Counted from the stretch's first letter, positions 18,879 through 29,421 are shown. The stretch: 64,000 nucleotides of DNA from Candidatus Levybacteria bacterium RIFCSPHIGHO2_01_FULL_37_17 (GCA_001782035.1 MFNL01000002.1:60865-124864); one strand, 5' to 3'. Notes: generated from the sequence alone by a model not told the origin. Translations and numbers: made by a program.

Positions 18879-20126
18879 AGCGAGTTGAGATTCAATTGAC
18901 AAGAGCCTATTATACTTAGAAACTCTTTCTCCCCGCACAGGAGCCCCAAATTTTACATAGTCAGCTCCTACGGCAACGGCAAAATCAGCTATAAAATCAT
19001 CTGTTGTTTCTCCGCTTCGGTGTGATACTGCAATTTTTAATCCAGCTTGTTTTGCCATTTCCGCAACCGCAATAGATTCAATTACAGTCCCTATTTGATT
19101 TGGCTTTACAATAATTCCCCCAACTGCGCTCTTTTGCAGCGCTTCCTGAAGCCTAAAAGGGTTGGAGGATATTAAATCATCTCCGACAATCAACGTAACC
19201 TTGGATAGCGTAGTATATAACTCTTGCCAACCATTCCAATCGTCCTCTGCCATACCATCTTCCAAATACAAAAGATGATATTGAGAGTTAAGCATTGTAT
19301 AAAAATCTATCAACTCCCTTGAGGTAAGTCCAGTTGCTTTATCTTTAATGCGGTAATTTCCTTCGTTATAAAAATCATTTGAAGCTGGGTCAAGGCCAAT
19401 AAAAATATCAAATCCAAGCCTTAAATTGATAGCTTCGATTGCCTGCTTAATTAAAAGAAGTCCGTCTTGATTTGAACCAAGCTTTGGTGAAAATCCTCCC
19501 TCAAGACCAGTTAGGGTAGATAAATTATTTGTTTGCAAAACTTTTTTAAGCGAGGTGTAAACATTTGTTCCTAACATTAAATCTTCGGAATATGTTTTAG
19601 AAGATGCTGGTATAACTAAAAATTCCTGGAAATCTATGTTTCCGTCGCCATGTTTTCCGCCGTTTAAGATATTGAAAGATGGGGTAGGGATTCTTAAAGA
19701 AGCTTCTTTTTTTGTAAACTCTCTTAAATAAAGAAACGTTGGGAGGACAGCGCTTTTAGCAGCCGCTTTTGCAACGGCGATTGATACTGCAAGAATTGCA
19801 TTTGCTCCCAGTCTTTGTTTATTTGGAGTACCATCAAGCTCAATCATTTTCTTGTCCACTGCGGAAATATTACTTGCTTCCATTCCAGAAATCGCTGGAA
19901 ATAATTGTTTTGTTATATTATTTACTGCAGTAAGAACTCCTAAACCGTTATACCTTTTCTCATCATTATCTCGTAGTTCTAGCGCTTCGTATTTTCCTAT
20001 GGATGTACCACTTGGTACAGAAGAAATTCCAATTGCTCCATCTGAAAGTATCACAGTTGCTTCAATAGTAGGTTCTCCTTTTGAATTTAAAATTTCTCTA
20101 GCCGAAATATTTTTAATTTTGGCCAT
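18870..20126 (-). CDS. eno: enolase
   Basis: MAKIKNISAREILNSKGEPTIEATVILSDGAIG N-terminus and overall enolase conservation. Confidence 0.9.
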   Translation of the reverse strand: MAKIKNISAREILNSKGEPTIEATVILSDGAIGISSVPSGTSIGKYEALELRDNDEKRYNGLGVLTAVNNITKQLFPAISGMEASNISAVDKKMIELDGTPNKQRLGANAILAVSIAVAKAAAKSAVLPTFLYLREFTKKEASLRIPTPSFNILNGGKHGDGNIDFQEFLVIPASSKTYSEDLMLGTNVYTSLKKVLQTNNLSTLTGLEGGFSPKLGSNQDGLLLIKQAIEAINLRLGFDIFIGLDPASNDFYNEGNYRIKDKATGLTSRELIDFYTMLNSQYHLLYLEDGMAEDDWNGWQELYTTLSKVTLIVGDDLISSNPFRLQEALQKSAVGGIIVKPNQIGTVIESIAVAEMAKQAGLKIAVSHRSGETTDDFIADFAVAVGADYVKFGAPVRGERVSKYNRLLSIESQLASL

Positions 20127-22380
20127 TTCTTAATACCTCTTTCTCAAGCTGTAATATTAACTTTCTTGTGGAATCAATAACATCAGGAGATACAGAAACA
20201 CTTGTAATGCCTAATTTTATTAATCTTTTAACAAGTTCTGAATAAGATGATACCGCTTGCCCGCAAATAGATGATGTAATGCCTCTTTTATGAGCAGTTC
20301 GTACAACGTGTTCAAACGCCCATAAAACTGCCGGGTTCATCTCATTAAATTCATGAGCCAATTCCGAATTGTCTCTATCGGTTCCTAGAATTAACATGGT
20401 CAAGTCGTTTGAGCCAATAGAAACGCCATCTATTCCAACGTCGATAAACCTATCAAGCATTATTACATTCGAAGGAATTTCAACCATCATCCAAAGTTTA
20501 AAGTTGTGAGATCGCTTAAGCCCTGTGTTATCAATTATTTTTTTAACTTTTATCATCTCCTCAACTGTTCTTACAAATGGTAGCATTACCCACAAATTGG
20601 TAAATCCCTTTTCTCTAACTTTCTTTATCGCTTTTAACTCTAGCTCAAACACTTCTTTATCTTGAATATATCTATAAACTCCCCTAAACCCAAGCATTGG
20701 GTTTTCTTCGATTGGCTCATAATCTCTTCCGCCTACAAGATTTCGGTATTCATTTGTTTTAAAATCCGAAGTCCTATAAACAACTGGCCTTGTGTCAAAT
20801 GCTTGACAAAATTTGGTAAGCCCTTCCGATAACTTTTCTACAAATAAATGTGATTTTCCGTCCTTTATCATTTTCTTTGGATGAGTACCAATTTCTGCCA
20901 TCATAAATTCTGCTCGAAGTAAGCCAACGCCATCAACATTTAAATTTGAGATTCTATCAACAGCCTCAGGCTCTGCCAGGTTTACATAAACTTTTGTTGC
21001 AGTTTTAATTTGAGTAAACTCAGTTATGTCTTTGTGTTGTTGAGTAAATCCACCTCTAAATATTTCCCCACTGCCTCCGTTAACTGTGATTATTTTTTCA
21101 TGCCTTAGAAGAGAAGTAGCATTCTCAGCGCCAACGACTGCTGGGATTCCTAGCTCTCTTGATACAATAGCCGCATGCGATGTCCTTCCTCCCGAGTCGG
21201 TTACTATTGCGCTTGCTCGCTTCATTGCCGGAACAAAGTCCGGGTTTGTCTGCGGAGCAACTAATATATCGCCTGATTGAATTTTATCCATTTCAGATGC
21301 AGCATGAATTACTTTTGCAAGACCTGATGATATACCGGGGCTTGCTGGATCTCCAATAAGTATCAATTTTCCTAATTTGTTATTCTGTGAATTTATGTTC
21401 TGAACTTTTACGTTGTTAACTGTTGTTACAGCCCTTGTTTGAACTATATAAGTCTTTCCTTTTTCAATAGCCCATTCAATATCTTGTGGAAAGTAATAAT
21501 GTTTTTCTATCAACTTTCCAACTCTTGCCAACCCAACAATTTCATTTTCGGATAACTTCTGGCTTTGACCTTTTGATTTGCTCACTTTGATTTTCTTATT
21601 CGTACTGCCTTTTCTCTCCAAAAGAAAGTTTTGCAGCGAAACATTTTTGCTTAAGACTTGCAGGGTTTCCTTGTTAACCTCGTATCTATCTGGCTTTTCC
21701 TCGCCTTGAACAATCATTTCACCAAGCCCTAGTATTGCCTCTATAACAATCATTTTCTTGTCATTAGTTAGCGGATCAATAGTAAACATAACACCCGACT
21801 TTTCTGATTCAATCATTTTCTGCACAACTAATGCAATTCCAATTGTTTTATTTTCAAAGCCTTGGCTGTGTCTGTAAAATATTGCTCTTGCCCCGTAAAG
21901 TGACGCCCATGCTTCTTTCACCTTTTCAATTAACACAGCGTCTCCTTGTACATTTAAAAACGTCTCCTGTTGCCCAGCAAAGGACGCGGATTTTAAGTCC
22001 TCTGTTGTGGCTGAAGACCTAACAGCAACTAAAGGTTCATTAATCGAACCGCCGAGCTTTCTATAATTTTTTACTATCTCAGAAGCTAATTCTTGGGGCA
22101 CGGGTGAGTCAGAAATTATTTTTTTAATATTTTTGGATACCTGCTCAAGAGATTTTTGATTATCAAAGTTAACGGTAGAGAGAAGATGTTTAATTTTTGC
22201 TTCTAAATTATTTTCTTTGACTAATTTAAAATAAGCTTTTGAGGTAATTATAAAACCCGGAGGAACATTGAAACCGGCATTTGATATTTCTCCTAAATTC
22301 GCTCCTTTTCCTCCGACAAGCGGGATATCTTCTTTGCCAACTTGCTTAAACCATACTAAAAACTGGGCAGCGTTCGCCAT
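20113..22380 (-). CDS. ppsA: phosphoenolpyruvate synthase / pyruvate, water dikinase
   Basis: ATP-grasp N-terminus (VGGKGANLGE), phosphohistidine domain GGRTSHAAIVSRELGIPAVVG, and a PEP-utilising C-domain. Confidence 0.8.
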   Translation of the reverse strand: MANAAQFLVWFKQVGKEDIPLVGGKGANLGEISNAGFNVPPGFIITSKAYFKLVKENNLEAKIKHLLSTVNFDNQKSLEQVSKNIKKIISDSPVPQELASEIVKNYRKLGGSINEPLVAVRSSATTEDLKSASFAGQQETFLNVQGDAVLIEKVKEAWASLYGARAIFYRHSQGFENKTIGIALVVQKMIESEKSGVMFTIDPLTNDKKMIVIEAILGLGEMIVQGEEKPDRYEVNKETLQVLSKNVSLQNFLLERKGSTNKKIKVSKSKGQSQKLSENEIVGLARVGKLIEKHYYFPQDIEWAIEKGKTYIVQTRAVTTVNNVKVQNINSQNNKLGKLILIGDPASPGISSGLAKVIHAASEMDKIQSGDILVAPQTNPDFVPAMKRASAIVTDSGGRTSHAAIVSRELGIPAVVGAENATSLLRHEKIITVNGGSGEIFRGGFTQQHKDITEFTQIKTATKVYVNLAEPEAVDRISNLNVDGVGLLRAEFMMAEIGTHPKKMIKDGKSHLFVEKLSEGLTKFCQAFDTRPVVYRTSDFKTNEYRNLVGGRDYEPIEENPMLGFRGVYRYIQDKEVFELELKAIKKVREKGFTNLWVMLPFVRTVEEMIKVKKIIDNTGLKRSHNFKLWMMVEIPSNVIMLDRFIDVGIDGVSIGSNDLTMLILGTDRDNSELAHEFNEMNPAVLWAFEHVVRTAHKRGITSSICGQAVSSYSELVKRLIKLGITSVSVSPDVIDSTRKLILQLEKEVLRNGQN

Positions 22381-22419
22381 AGCTTAATTATGAGTAGAAT
22401 TGGTTAAATTTTCAAGGAG

Positions 22420-23463
22420 TCAACTTTTGAGCTTTTCCTTAAAATAATCTACCCAAGGGATAGGAGACGGATCGATTCCGTACAATATTGCAAGGTAAAA
22501 CGATAAAAGTCCTCCAAAAGACACGGTTTCCAACGCCTGCGAAATATTGCTTGTTGATCTTGGAGCATAAGAAACATATAAGATTTTGTTTTTATTTACT
22601 ACATCTTTTGTAATGTTCATTCTCTTGGTATTTTTCTCCGAATATAAGTTAGATTCTATAAAAATAAATTTTAATTTTTTATCTTGAGGGTTCTTAAGCC
22701 CTTCCATAAGATGGTGATTTAATTCCGGGATAGGGAAATTAAAAGCAAGAGACTTTGAGCACTCATTTATTTGGTTTCTCATTACATGAGAACAACCATT
22801 TAAAAATTCTGAGGCAACTATTACAGGAACATAGCCAACAATATTTTTTGCAATTTCTATAGCATTGCTTCTTGAGTTGTCAAAATTATTTTTTGCAGCA
22901 TATATGTCTTCTAAAACTTCACTCGGGTCTAATTTTAATAACCCTGAAGCGGAGAGAATAATTAACGTTCCAAGAATAGTGTATCCGGATCCAAGACGCG
23001 GTTGATTGCTTGGATTGTTTCTTGGGTCAAACTGGATAAATGGTTTATTATTTTTGCTCATTACCTCTGCAAGAGCTCCACTTGTTGTTAATGCCGTTAC
23101 TTTGCAACCCCTTTTAAGAGCATCTTGTGCAGATGCCAATATTTCTTCAGTTGTGCCTGAATAGCTAGAAAGAATGACTAAAGTATTTTCGTTAGCAAAA
23201 TTAGGCAGGGTATAGTCGTTGTTGACATAAAAGGGTAAGCTTAGTGTATTCTTATACAAGTGGTATACAATCTGCGCGCCTAAAGCTGATCCTCCCATTC
23301 CTGAGAAGACTATATTTTCAACTTCAGAATATTCGGCAGGCAAGGTAAAGTCTTTGAAGTCTTCTAGTACTTGAATTCCTTGATCCAGGAAAAGCTCTGT
23401 AGACCTCAAAACGTTTTTAGGGTCCAGATGTTTAAATGTAGACGAATCGTTTAAATCAATCAT
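22420..23463 (-). CDS. bifunctional phosphoglucose/phosphomannose isomerase (SIS domains)
   Basis: SGMGGSALGAQIV and SYSGTTEE SIS motifs. Confidence 0.65.
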   Translation of the reverse strand: MIDLNDSSTFKHLDPKNVLRSTELFLDQGIQVLEDFKDFTLPAEYSEVENIVFSGMGGSALGAQIVYHLYKNTLSLPFYVNNDYTLPNFANENTLVILSSYSGTTEEILASAQDALKRGCKVTALTTSGALAEVMSKNNKPFIQFDPRNNPSNQPRLGSGYTILGTLIILSASGLLKLDPSEVLEDIYAAKNNFDNSRSNAIEIAKNIVGYVPVIVASEFLNGCSHVMRNQINECSKSLAFNFPIPELNHHLMEGLKNPQDKKLKFIFIESNLYSEKNTKRMNITKDVVNKNKILYVSYAPRSTSNISQALETVSFGGLLSFYLAILYGIDPSPIPWVDYFKEKLKS

Positions 23464-24836
23464 TTTGCAACACTTTCTATAAAAGATTTTAGTTCACTAT
23501 ATTTTTGCAGAACTTCATCCTTATTATACCCTTCAACGTTGAGTCTTAACAAAGGTTCGGTGTTAGATGTGCGAACATTAAATCTCCAACCGTCGTAAGA
23601 AATAGAGACTCCATCAATATCCCAAAATTTTCCATCCTTATATTTTTCTTTTAAAGCTGCAAGGATTTCTTTAGCATTACTTACCTCAAAATTTAATTCA
23701 GGAACTTCGAAACTTCTTCTAACTTCTTCAATTATTTCTGAAAGAGGCTTATTTTCGTCAGATAATACTTTTAAAATGATCAAAATTACTGGTAGGTTCC
23801 ATTCCGCGTTTCCATTAGTCCTAAAGAACATGTGGCCTGATGATTCACCAGCGAAAATGCCCCCTGTTTTATTCATTGCTTCGGTGATATATGCGTGACC
23901 GACTCTTACAATTTCTGATTTCCCTCCATACTCCTCTATAAGCTTTAGTGGACCTAAGATATCCCGAATATCAAAATAAATTAACTCTCCAGGATATTTT
24001 TTAAGAAGTTCTCGTGCAACTATGGCTGTGATGCTTGTTGAGGGAACAATTTCACCTTTTTCGTCTATGAAAAATAATCTGTCCGCATCTCCGTCTGTGG
24101 CAATTCCTAAATCTGCTTTTTCTTCAACAACTTTCTTCTGTAAGTCAACAAGCGTTTCAAATTTTAATGGATTTGGTTCATGAGCTGGGAAGTTTCCATC
24201 CAACTCGAAATTTATTTTAATTAAATATGCAGGTACCTTATTAAACAGAGCCTGGATATATTGAGCTCCCATCGCGTTAGCAGGGTCTGCAACTATTTTT
24301 AATTTTTTAAACAAAGATGAATTAAATGTTTTTTGTGCTTCAATAACTTCCTCCTCAAGTATTCCAGTCTTTTCAGTAGTTGCACCTTTTAAGCCAGTTG
24401 GTTTTAGCTCTTGGGTAGATAGTTTTTGTACCTCCTCCATTCCAGTTGGTTTTCCTATCTTTATAAGTCCGGTTGGGCCATTCATTACAAATTTCATACC
24501 GTTCCATTCTTTTGGGTTATGGGAAGCAGTGACTTGTATTCCAGCGTCATATTTGTAATGAAAAACTGCAAAATAAAATGATGGGGTAGATAGTTGTCCT
24601 GCGTCTACTACGCTTGCGCCCATTTCAACTAAAGCTTCTTTTACTGATTTAAAAAGTGACGGACCTGATAATCGCATATCGTATGCAAGAAGAATTGTAG
24701 GCTGGTCTTTATCTAGCTTATTTTGAAAAAAAACAAAGATTGCTTTAGCTATTTGGGAAATTTTTTCTTCATCTATTTGCGTTGGGTATATTCCTCGTAT
24801 GTCGTAGGATTTAAAGATTGAAGGATCAATCGCCAT
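23460..24836 (-). CDS. phosphoglucomutase/phosphomannomutase
   Basis: Active-site TASHNPKEWNGMKF; metal loop DGDADR. Confidence 0.8.
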   Translation of the reverse strand: MAIDPSIFKSYDIRGIYPTQIDEEKISQIAKAIFVFFQNKLDKDQPTILLAYDMRLSGPSLFKSVKEALVEMGASVVDAGQLSTPSFYFAVFHYKYDAGIQVTASHNPKEWNGMKFVMNGPTGLIKIGKPTGMEEVQKLSTQELKPTGLKGATTEKTGILEEEVIEAQKTFNSSLFKKLKIVADPANAMGAQYIQALFNKVPAYLIKINFELDGNFPAHEPNPLKFETLVDLQKKVVEEKADLGIATDGDADRLFFIDEKGEIVPSTSITAIVARELLKKYPGELIYFDIRDILGPLKLIEEYGGKSEIVRVGHAYITEAMNKTGGIFAGESSGHMFFRTNGNAEWNLPVILIILKVLSDENKPLSEIIEEVRRSFEVPELNFEVSNAKEILAALKEKYKDGKFWDIDGVSISYDGWRFNVRTSNTEPLLRLNVEGYNKDEVLQKYSELKSFIESVAK

Positions 24837-24845
24837 TAGATTATC

Positions 24846-25526
24846 TTATAAATCCGCAAGGAAAATGTCAATTGAGGCAGACAGTTTAAAAGGAGTTAGG
24901 CCAAACTTTGTTTGATAATCAATCTCATATAATTTCTTGTGTAAATTTTTTAGCTTCTCGCTTCCAAATATATTAGCTTGTCGTTGTAGTTTTAATTTTT
25001 GCCATGCTTGCAACCTTTTTGCCTCATCAATTAAAGAACTTGAATCCTGGGTTGATAAAAGTAATCTAAATTGTCGTACTAACATATAAAAAATTAACTC
25101 TGTCTCCATATTTTTTTCAAGCTGCTTAAATAAATAGAGAGAATTAGAATTCCTAGGCTTTAGTGAATCGAGAAAAGTAAATAGGCTCGCGGGGTAGTTA
25201 AATGTCTTAAGCTGTGCATTCTTGAAAGCGTATTGTTGTGGCTTGGAAAGCTCCTTTTCCTCCCATAGAAAGAAATCGTTTTTATTATTTGAGCTTATAT
25301 ACTCAACAATTTTTTTATATTCATTTGAATTTCCTTTTACATTTGAAAAGAAATTTTCAATAAAAATTATTTCACTTTCATTAAAAAGGGAATCACCTTC
25401 AGCCGACTGAAATATTGTATCGTAGTTTGCGTTTTCAATTAAAACGTACGAGGGAAAGCTTTCTTTCTGTTCTATGTAGTATTTTCTAGACGATGCAGTA
25501 TCGCTACCATGAATTATCGTAATCAT
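24846..25526 (-). CDS. DNA polymerase III delta subunit-like (HolA-like)
   Basis: Size, position and an N-terminal ITIIHGSDTASSRKYYIE pattern resembling short delta subunits. Weak. Confidence 0.4.
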   Translation of the reverse strand: MITIIHGSDTASSRKYYIEQKESFPSYVLIENANYDTIFQSAEGDSLFNESEIIFIENFFSNVKGNSNEYKKIVEYISSNNKNDFFLWEEKELSKPQQYAFKNAQLKTFNYPASLFTFLDSLKPRNSNSLYLFKQLEKNMETELIFYMLVRQFRLLLSTQDSSSLIDEAKRLQAWQKLKLQRQANIFGSEKLKNLHKKLYEIDYQTKFGLTPFKLSASIDIFLADL

Positions 25527-25915
25527 TTTATTTTAGCCTTAAATTCGTCAAACAATCTGTTAGCAGTTTGTCCCAAGTGTCGCGAGCGATTTCTATGTGG
25601 AACCAAGGCTCCTGAAAAATTTTGAGGGATATGTAAAAGTTCATGTATTAAAACTTTGGATTTTTCATCTTCGTTTAATCTGTCGTAATACTTAGACAAG
25701 ACTTCTATAACATAATTCGGTTCTAGGTTAAGCGCATGCTGAAAAATTTTTGGCATCGACCATATTCTTGCATAGGCTCTTGATTTGGACCCTTGCGTTC
25801 TGTAGCTGTGTATATTAGATAGTTTAATATGGGGCATATCGAGCACAGCAAGAATGTTCTTTATTTTTTTCTTTACGTCGGGGGCGTTCTCCCATTCCAA
25901 CTTCTGACTTTTCAT
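25523..25915 (-). CDS. HExxH metallopeptidase-like small protein (SprT/DUF45-like)
   Basis: HELLH motif near the C-terminus. Confidence 0.35.
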   Translation of the reverse strand: MKSQKLEWENAPDVKKKIKNILAVLDMPHIKLSNIHSYRTQGSKSRAYARIWSMPKIFQHALNLEPNYVIEVLSKYYDRLNEDEKSKVLIHELLHIPQNFSGALVPHRNRSRHLGQTANRLFDEFKAKIK

Positions 25916-26434
25916 CTAGGTATGTTTATCAGCAACGTATGAAGCAGCGTAGGCATCGGGCTTTGTTTTTGCCACATAGCCATTTCCTGTTACCATACCT
26001 ACTACTTCTTTGATCATTTCTCTTGTATCACCATGTTCACCAACGTCAACATGAATTTCAAGATTGTATTTCGGAGCAGAACCGTTTAGAGTTTTTTTAA
26101 ATAATGGGACAAAAATAGAAGCAAAAGTCAGGGAGGTAAGTGTTTCTCTATAAATCTTATCTCTTAAAGTATGAATATTTTTTTGCTGCTCTTTCCTCCA
26201 GAAATATTTTCCACCAAATCCTTTTCGATGTATTAGAATTGCAGTAACCAAATTAATACTGCTTCCTCCGTTTCCTAGTATTTTCTTTTCATGGGAATCC
26301 GTACCTATAACAAGGCTGTATTCAGCATCTGGATTTTCTTCTAAAAAGGACTTTATTCTGTCGATGATCCCTGATATTGAAAGAAGTCCGTGGGTTTTAC
26401 TTTGGAAAATCTCGTCTGTTAGCTCGCCATTCAT
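25916..26434 (-). CDS. DUF458/YkuK-like RNase H-fold protein
   Basis: YSLVIGTDSH core typical of YkuK-like proteins. Confidence 0.45.
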   Translation of the reverse strand: MNGELTDEIFQSKTHGLLSISGIIDRIKSFLEENPDAEYSLVIGTDSHEKKILGNGGSSINLVTAILIHRKGFGGKYFWRKEQQKNIHTLRDKIYRETLTSLTFASIFVPLFKKTLNGSAPKYNLEIHVDVGEHGDTREMIKEVVGMVTGNGYVAKTKPDAYAASYVADKHT

Positions 26435-26460
26435 TTATGGTCTAAATTATACCATATGAG

Positions 26461-27600
26461 CTAAAGGTTAAGCAGCCATTTGAAGAAAATTTTTGCATTA
26501 TTATCCAAAATTCTAATTGAGTTTCTAAAACTTTCGGAAAAATCTTTTATTTTGAAAATATCAACACTTGATGTTGAGTAGTGTTTGCTCATTTCTAATT
26601 TGGGCTCTCCTTTTGTTTTGGAAAAGTTTTGGTACGCTTGATACAATTCTGCTTTATTTCCATTTCTAATAAAAGAAAATTGATCAAATGGCACAGAGTT
26701 TGCTCGAAGCAAAAAAGGGGTAACTGCTACAATATTTGGGTCACTCCAAGCATTTTCAAATGCAGTTTTATAATAAAGCGCCTGTGTAGGCTCTAGGGTA
26801 GAATGAATTGTCCATCCTGTTTCGGTAATAAAAATTGGTATTTTCTTACCCGTAATCGCGCTAAATTCTTCTTCCAAGTAATAATGGGAGTAAATGCCGT
26901 TTTGACCCCTGTAGCTTGGCGGAGAAGAAAATGCCGGATTTGGATAAGAATGAGCCGCTAAGCCATCTATCTTTGATAAAACACCGGGAATCGCTTCCTC
27001 TGTTTGTCTTAGATAATTAAGCTGACTAATATATTCACCGGCAACGTTTGGAGCAGCGTTGTCCAAGCCCCCAAATATTATAAAAAACTTATCGCTTCTT
27101 GTTTTAAATATATTCACCGCGTAATTTAATATATCCGCATATGCTACTGGATCAGGTACTCCTCCCCACTCATCTCCTCTGTTTTGTTCGTTAAAAATGA
27201 CAACATATCTATTTTCCGTTGGCCAGATTAAGGAATTAAGAAAATTTGCAAAATCTATAACGTAATATTTATTAGGAATCTCCCACGATCCTTCAACAAA
27301 GTAGTCACCCTCTGTAGCTATGCGTAAAATTGGAATCAGATGAAGTCTTCTACATTCATCCATAAATTTTTGCCACTTTTCCAGATCTTTATCGGACGCT
27401 CTTATTGGAATCGTTACATAACCCCAATCGCCTCCCGATGAGTTAACTAAGGCTGCTGCTTCTGAGACTTCCTCTGGAAATAAAATGTGAATTCCATATT
27501 TATTATTAGGTAAAGAAGTAGGATCATAGGTAGCGTAAGATGCACTAGTCGATGCAATTAATAGCATTAACAGCAAAATTAAAAAGAAAAATTTTTTCAT
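26461..27600 (-). CDS. secreted glycoside hydrolase-like protein (clan GH-A-like)
   Basis: Signal peptide; FNEQN and FITETGW motifs resemble the acid/base and nucleophile strands of GH-A enzymes. Confidence 0.4.
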   Translation of the reverse strand: MKKFFFLILLLMLLIASTSASYATYDPTSLPNNKYGIHILFPEEVSEAAALVNSSGGDWGYVTIPIRASDKDLEKWQKFMDECRRLHLIPILRIATEGDYFVEGSWEIPNKYYVIDFANFLNSLIWPTENRYVVIFNEQNRGDEWGGVPDPVAYADILNYAVNIFKTRSDKFFIIFGGLDNAAPNVAGEYISQLNYLRQTEEAIPGVLSKIDGLAAHSYPNPAFSSPPSYRGQNGIYSHYYLEEEFSAITGKKIPIFITETGWTIHSTLEPTQALYYKTAFENAWSDPNIVAVTPFLLRANSVPFDQFSFIRNGNKAELYQAYQNFSKTKGEPKLEMSKHYSTSSVDIFKIKDFSESFRNSIRILDNNAKIFFKWLLNL

Positions 27601-27646
27601 GGGTATTATTTTACATCAAAGACATGCAAAATGGTAAAATTAGACT

Positions 27647-28606
27647 ATGTTAATAGACGAAGTAGTAGTAACAATTAAAGCCGGTAATGGCGGAAACGGC
27701 GCAATTAGTTTTAAACGGAATGCCCAAACTGCAAAAGGAGGTCCAGATGGTGGAAATGGAGGCAAAGGGGGAGATGTTTACATTGTTGGCGCACGTGATA
27801 TAGATACTCTTACTACTTTTAGATATCAAAAAGTAGTAAGGGCAGAAGACGGAATAAATGGAGGGAAATATAACCTGTACGGCAAAAATGCAGAAGACAA
27901 GATTATTAAGGTTCCACTTGGAACGATTACTACTAATCTAGAAAGCGGTAACTCTTTCGAAATCAATAGTGAAGAAGATAAATTCCTTATCGCAAAAGGT
28001 GGTAAGGGTGGAAGGGGTAATAATGAATTTAAATCATCAACTACGCAAGCTCCAAGATATAGAGAGTTAGGGGGGATTGGTGAAGAAAAGAAAATTAAGT
28101 TAGAACTTAAAATAATTGCCGACATAGGATTAATAGGGCTTCCCAATGCCGGAAAAAGCAGCTTGCTCTCAGTTCTTACAAATGCTCACCCTAAAATAGC
28201 AGATTATCCCTTCACGACCCTTGAACCAAATTTAGGAGTTTTTGATTCGAAAATAATCGCCGATATTCCAGGTCTTATAGAAGGAGCCTCTCGCGGTAAG
28301 GGATTGGGAGATAAATTTTTAAAACACATAGAAAGAACAAGACTTTTAGTCCATTGCATAGACTCTAGCTCTCAGACTCCAACAGCCGATTATAAAACAA
28401 TTAGAAAAGAATTGGAGGAGTTTAATTCAGAATTACTAGATAAAAAAGAGATGGTTGTTTTGACAAAGCAAGATTTAATTGATGAAAAAAAACAAAAAGA
28501 ATTGGAAGCTACCTTTAAAAGAATGAAAAAGGAGATTGTTTTTTTATCTTTATATAATGACAATAGTTTAGACGAGCTAAAAAAAGTACTTCATGAAGCA
28601 ATTTAG
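27647..28606 (+). CDS. obg: GTPase Obg/CgtA
   Basis: Gly-rich Obg fold (GGNGGNGAISF...GGPDGGNGGKGGDVY) and G-domain GLIGLPNAGKSSLL. Confidence 0.9.
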   Translation: MLIDEVVVTIKAGNGGNGAISFKRNAQTAKGGPDGGNGGKGGDVYIVGARDIDTLTTFRYQKVVRAEDGINGGKYNLYGKNAEDKIIKVPLGTITTNLESGNSFEINSEEDKFLIAKGGKGGRGNNEFKSSTTQAPRYRELGGIGEEKKIKLELKIIADIGLIGLPNAGKSSLLSVLTNAHPKIADYPFTTLEPNLGVFDSKIIADIPGLIEGASRGKGLGDKFLKHIERTRLLVHCIDSSSQTPTADYKTIRKELEEFNSELLDKKEMVVLTKQDLIDEKKQKELEATFKRMKKEIVFLSLYNDNSLDELKKVLHEAI

Positions 28607-28612
28607 CCGCAA

Positions 28613-28640
28613 AAAAACCCCTTGCGGGGTCTTTTCGGGG
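28613..28640 (+). terminator. rho-independent terminator after obg
   Basis: aaaaaaCCCCttgcGGGGtcttttcgg: a GC stem followed by a T-tract. Confidence 0.6.
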
Positions 28641-28759
28641 CGATTAATATTGCTATTAATCTCCTGCCTTTTTATACTTACGTATTGAAGGTAAAAAACA
28701 TTATATATAGCAATTTATGCATTGTCAATAGGGTAAAAATAGGTCAAACTAGACCAATA

Positions 28760-29104
28760 TTAGAATACATCAACCTTTGGACTCCTTGGATATACTTCTC
28801 TTACTTCTGCAAGTGTCTTTTTGCCAATTCCATGTACCTGTCCGTTTCCCGTTACCCTCCACATCACCTCCGTATCGGATAACTCACTTATCTGCTCGGG
28901 AGTTGTAAGTCGTTCATCTCTAATAGCAAGCCTAATACATCTTCTTGCTCTTGATGATAAATCAGAAAAACGTTCGTACATAACCGCATTGTACTCCAAA
29001 TGTTTCAGAATTGGGATTATTGAAGATCTCTCGGAAGAAACGAATCGGGCATTGGCTCCGTGTAGGATACGGTTGCTTGAGATAGTATTTTCCACTTCAT
29101 ACAA
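28760..29104 (-). CDS. RNA polymerase alpha-CTD-like HhH domain protein (possibly the 3' half of a frameshifted gene)
   Basis: LSSRARRCIRLAIRDERLTTPEQISELSDTEVMWRVTGNGQVHGIGKKTLAEVREV resembles the alphaCTD HhH. The frame is only open from a TTG. It overlaps ORF 29017..29421 by 88 nt in another frame. Confidence 0.35.
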   Translation of the reverse strand: MYEVENTISSNRILHGANARFVSSERSSIIPILKHLEYNAVMYERFSDLSSRARRCIRLAIRDERLTTPEQISELSDTEVMWRVTGNGQVHGIGKKTLAEVREVYPRSPKVDVF

Positions 29105-29421
29105 TTGTCTCGTACTACTGACCTTGCTCTATTTTTTGCCATCTCTATAGCATCGTCAGACGTTTCTCCTCTGCCCGACAAATGTTCCCTTAGTGGACAT
29201 GAATCGCAATTTAATAGCCCGACAGCATTATAAAGATATAAGAGATTATTTGTTGTTGGCTTGCTGGCGACTGTTACTTCTGCCTCACAAATAACATCTG
29301 GCTGTAATTCGGGCTTGTGCGGCTCCCTTTCTGGACTATGTCTACTTTCAAATGATTCAAAACTTGGTCCTCTTTCTCCCATAATGTAGGGGATAATACC
29401 AAATACAAGATAGAATGTCAA
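29017..29421 (-). CDS. hypothetical protein (possibly the 5' half of a frameshifted gene), Arg/Glu/Pro-rich
   Basis: ORF in a GC-rich island; contains the NCDSCP motif; no confident family. Confidence 0.3.
   Translation of the reverse strand: MTFYLVFGIIPYIMGERGPSFESFESRHSPEREPHKPELQPDVICEAEVTVASKPTTNNLLYLYNAVGLLNCDSCPLREHLSGRGETSDDAIEMAKNRARSVVRDNCMKWKILSQATVSYTEPMPDSFLPRDLQ

Noticed and set aside
27826-28146. 106-aa ORF antisense within obg, and many similar 60-130-aa antisense ORFs inside large genes in the ORF track
   Set aside because: They are embedded in strongly supported genes on the opposite strand with low-complexity translations. This is ordinary antisense noise in AT-rich DNA.
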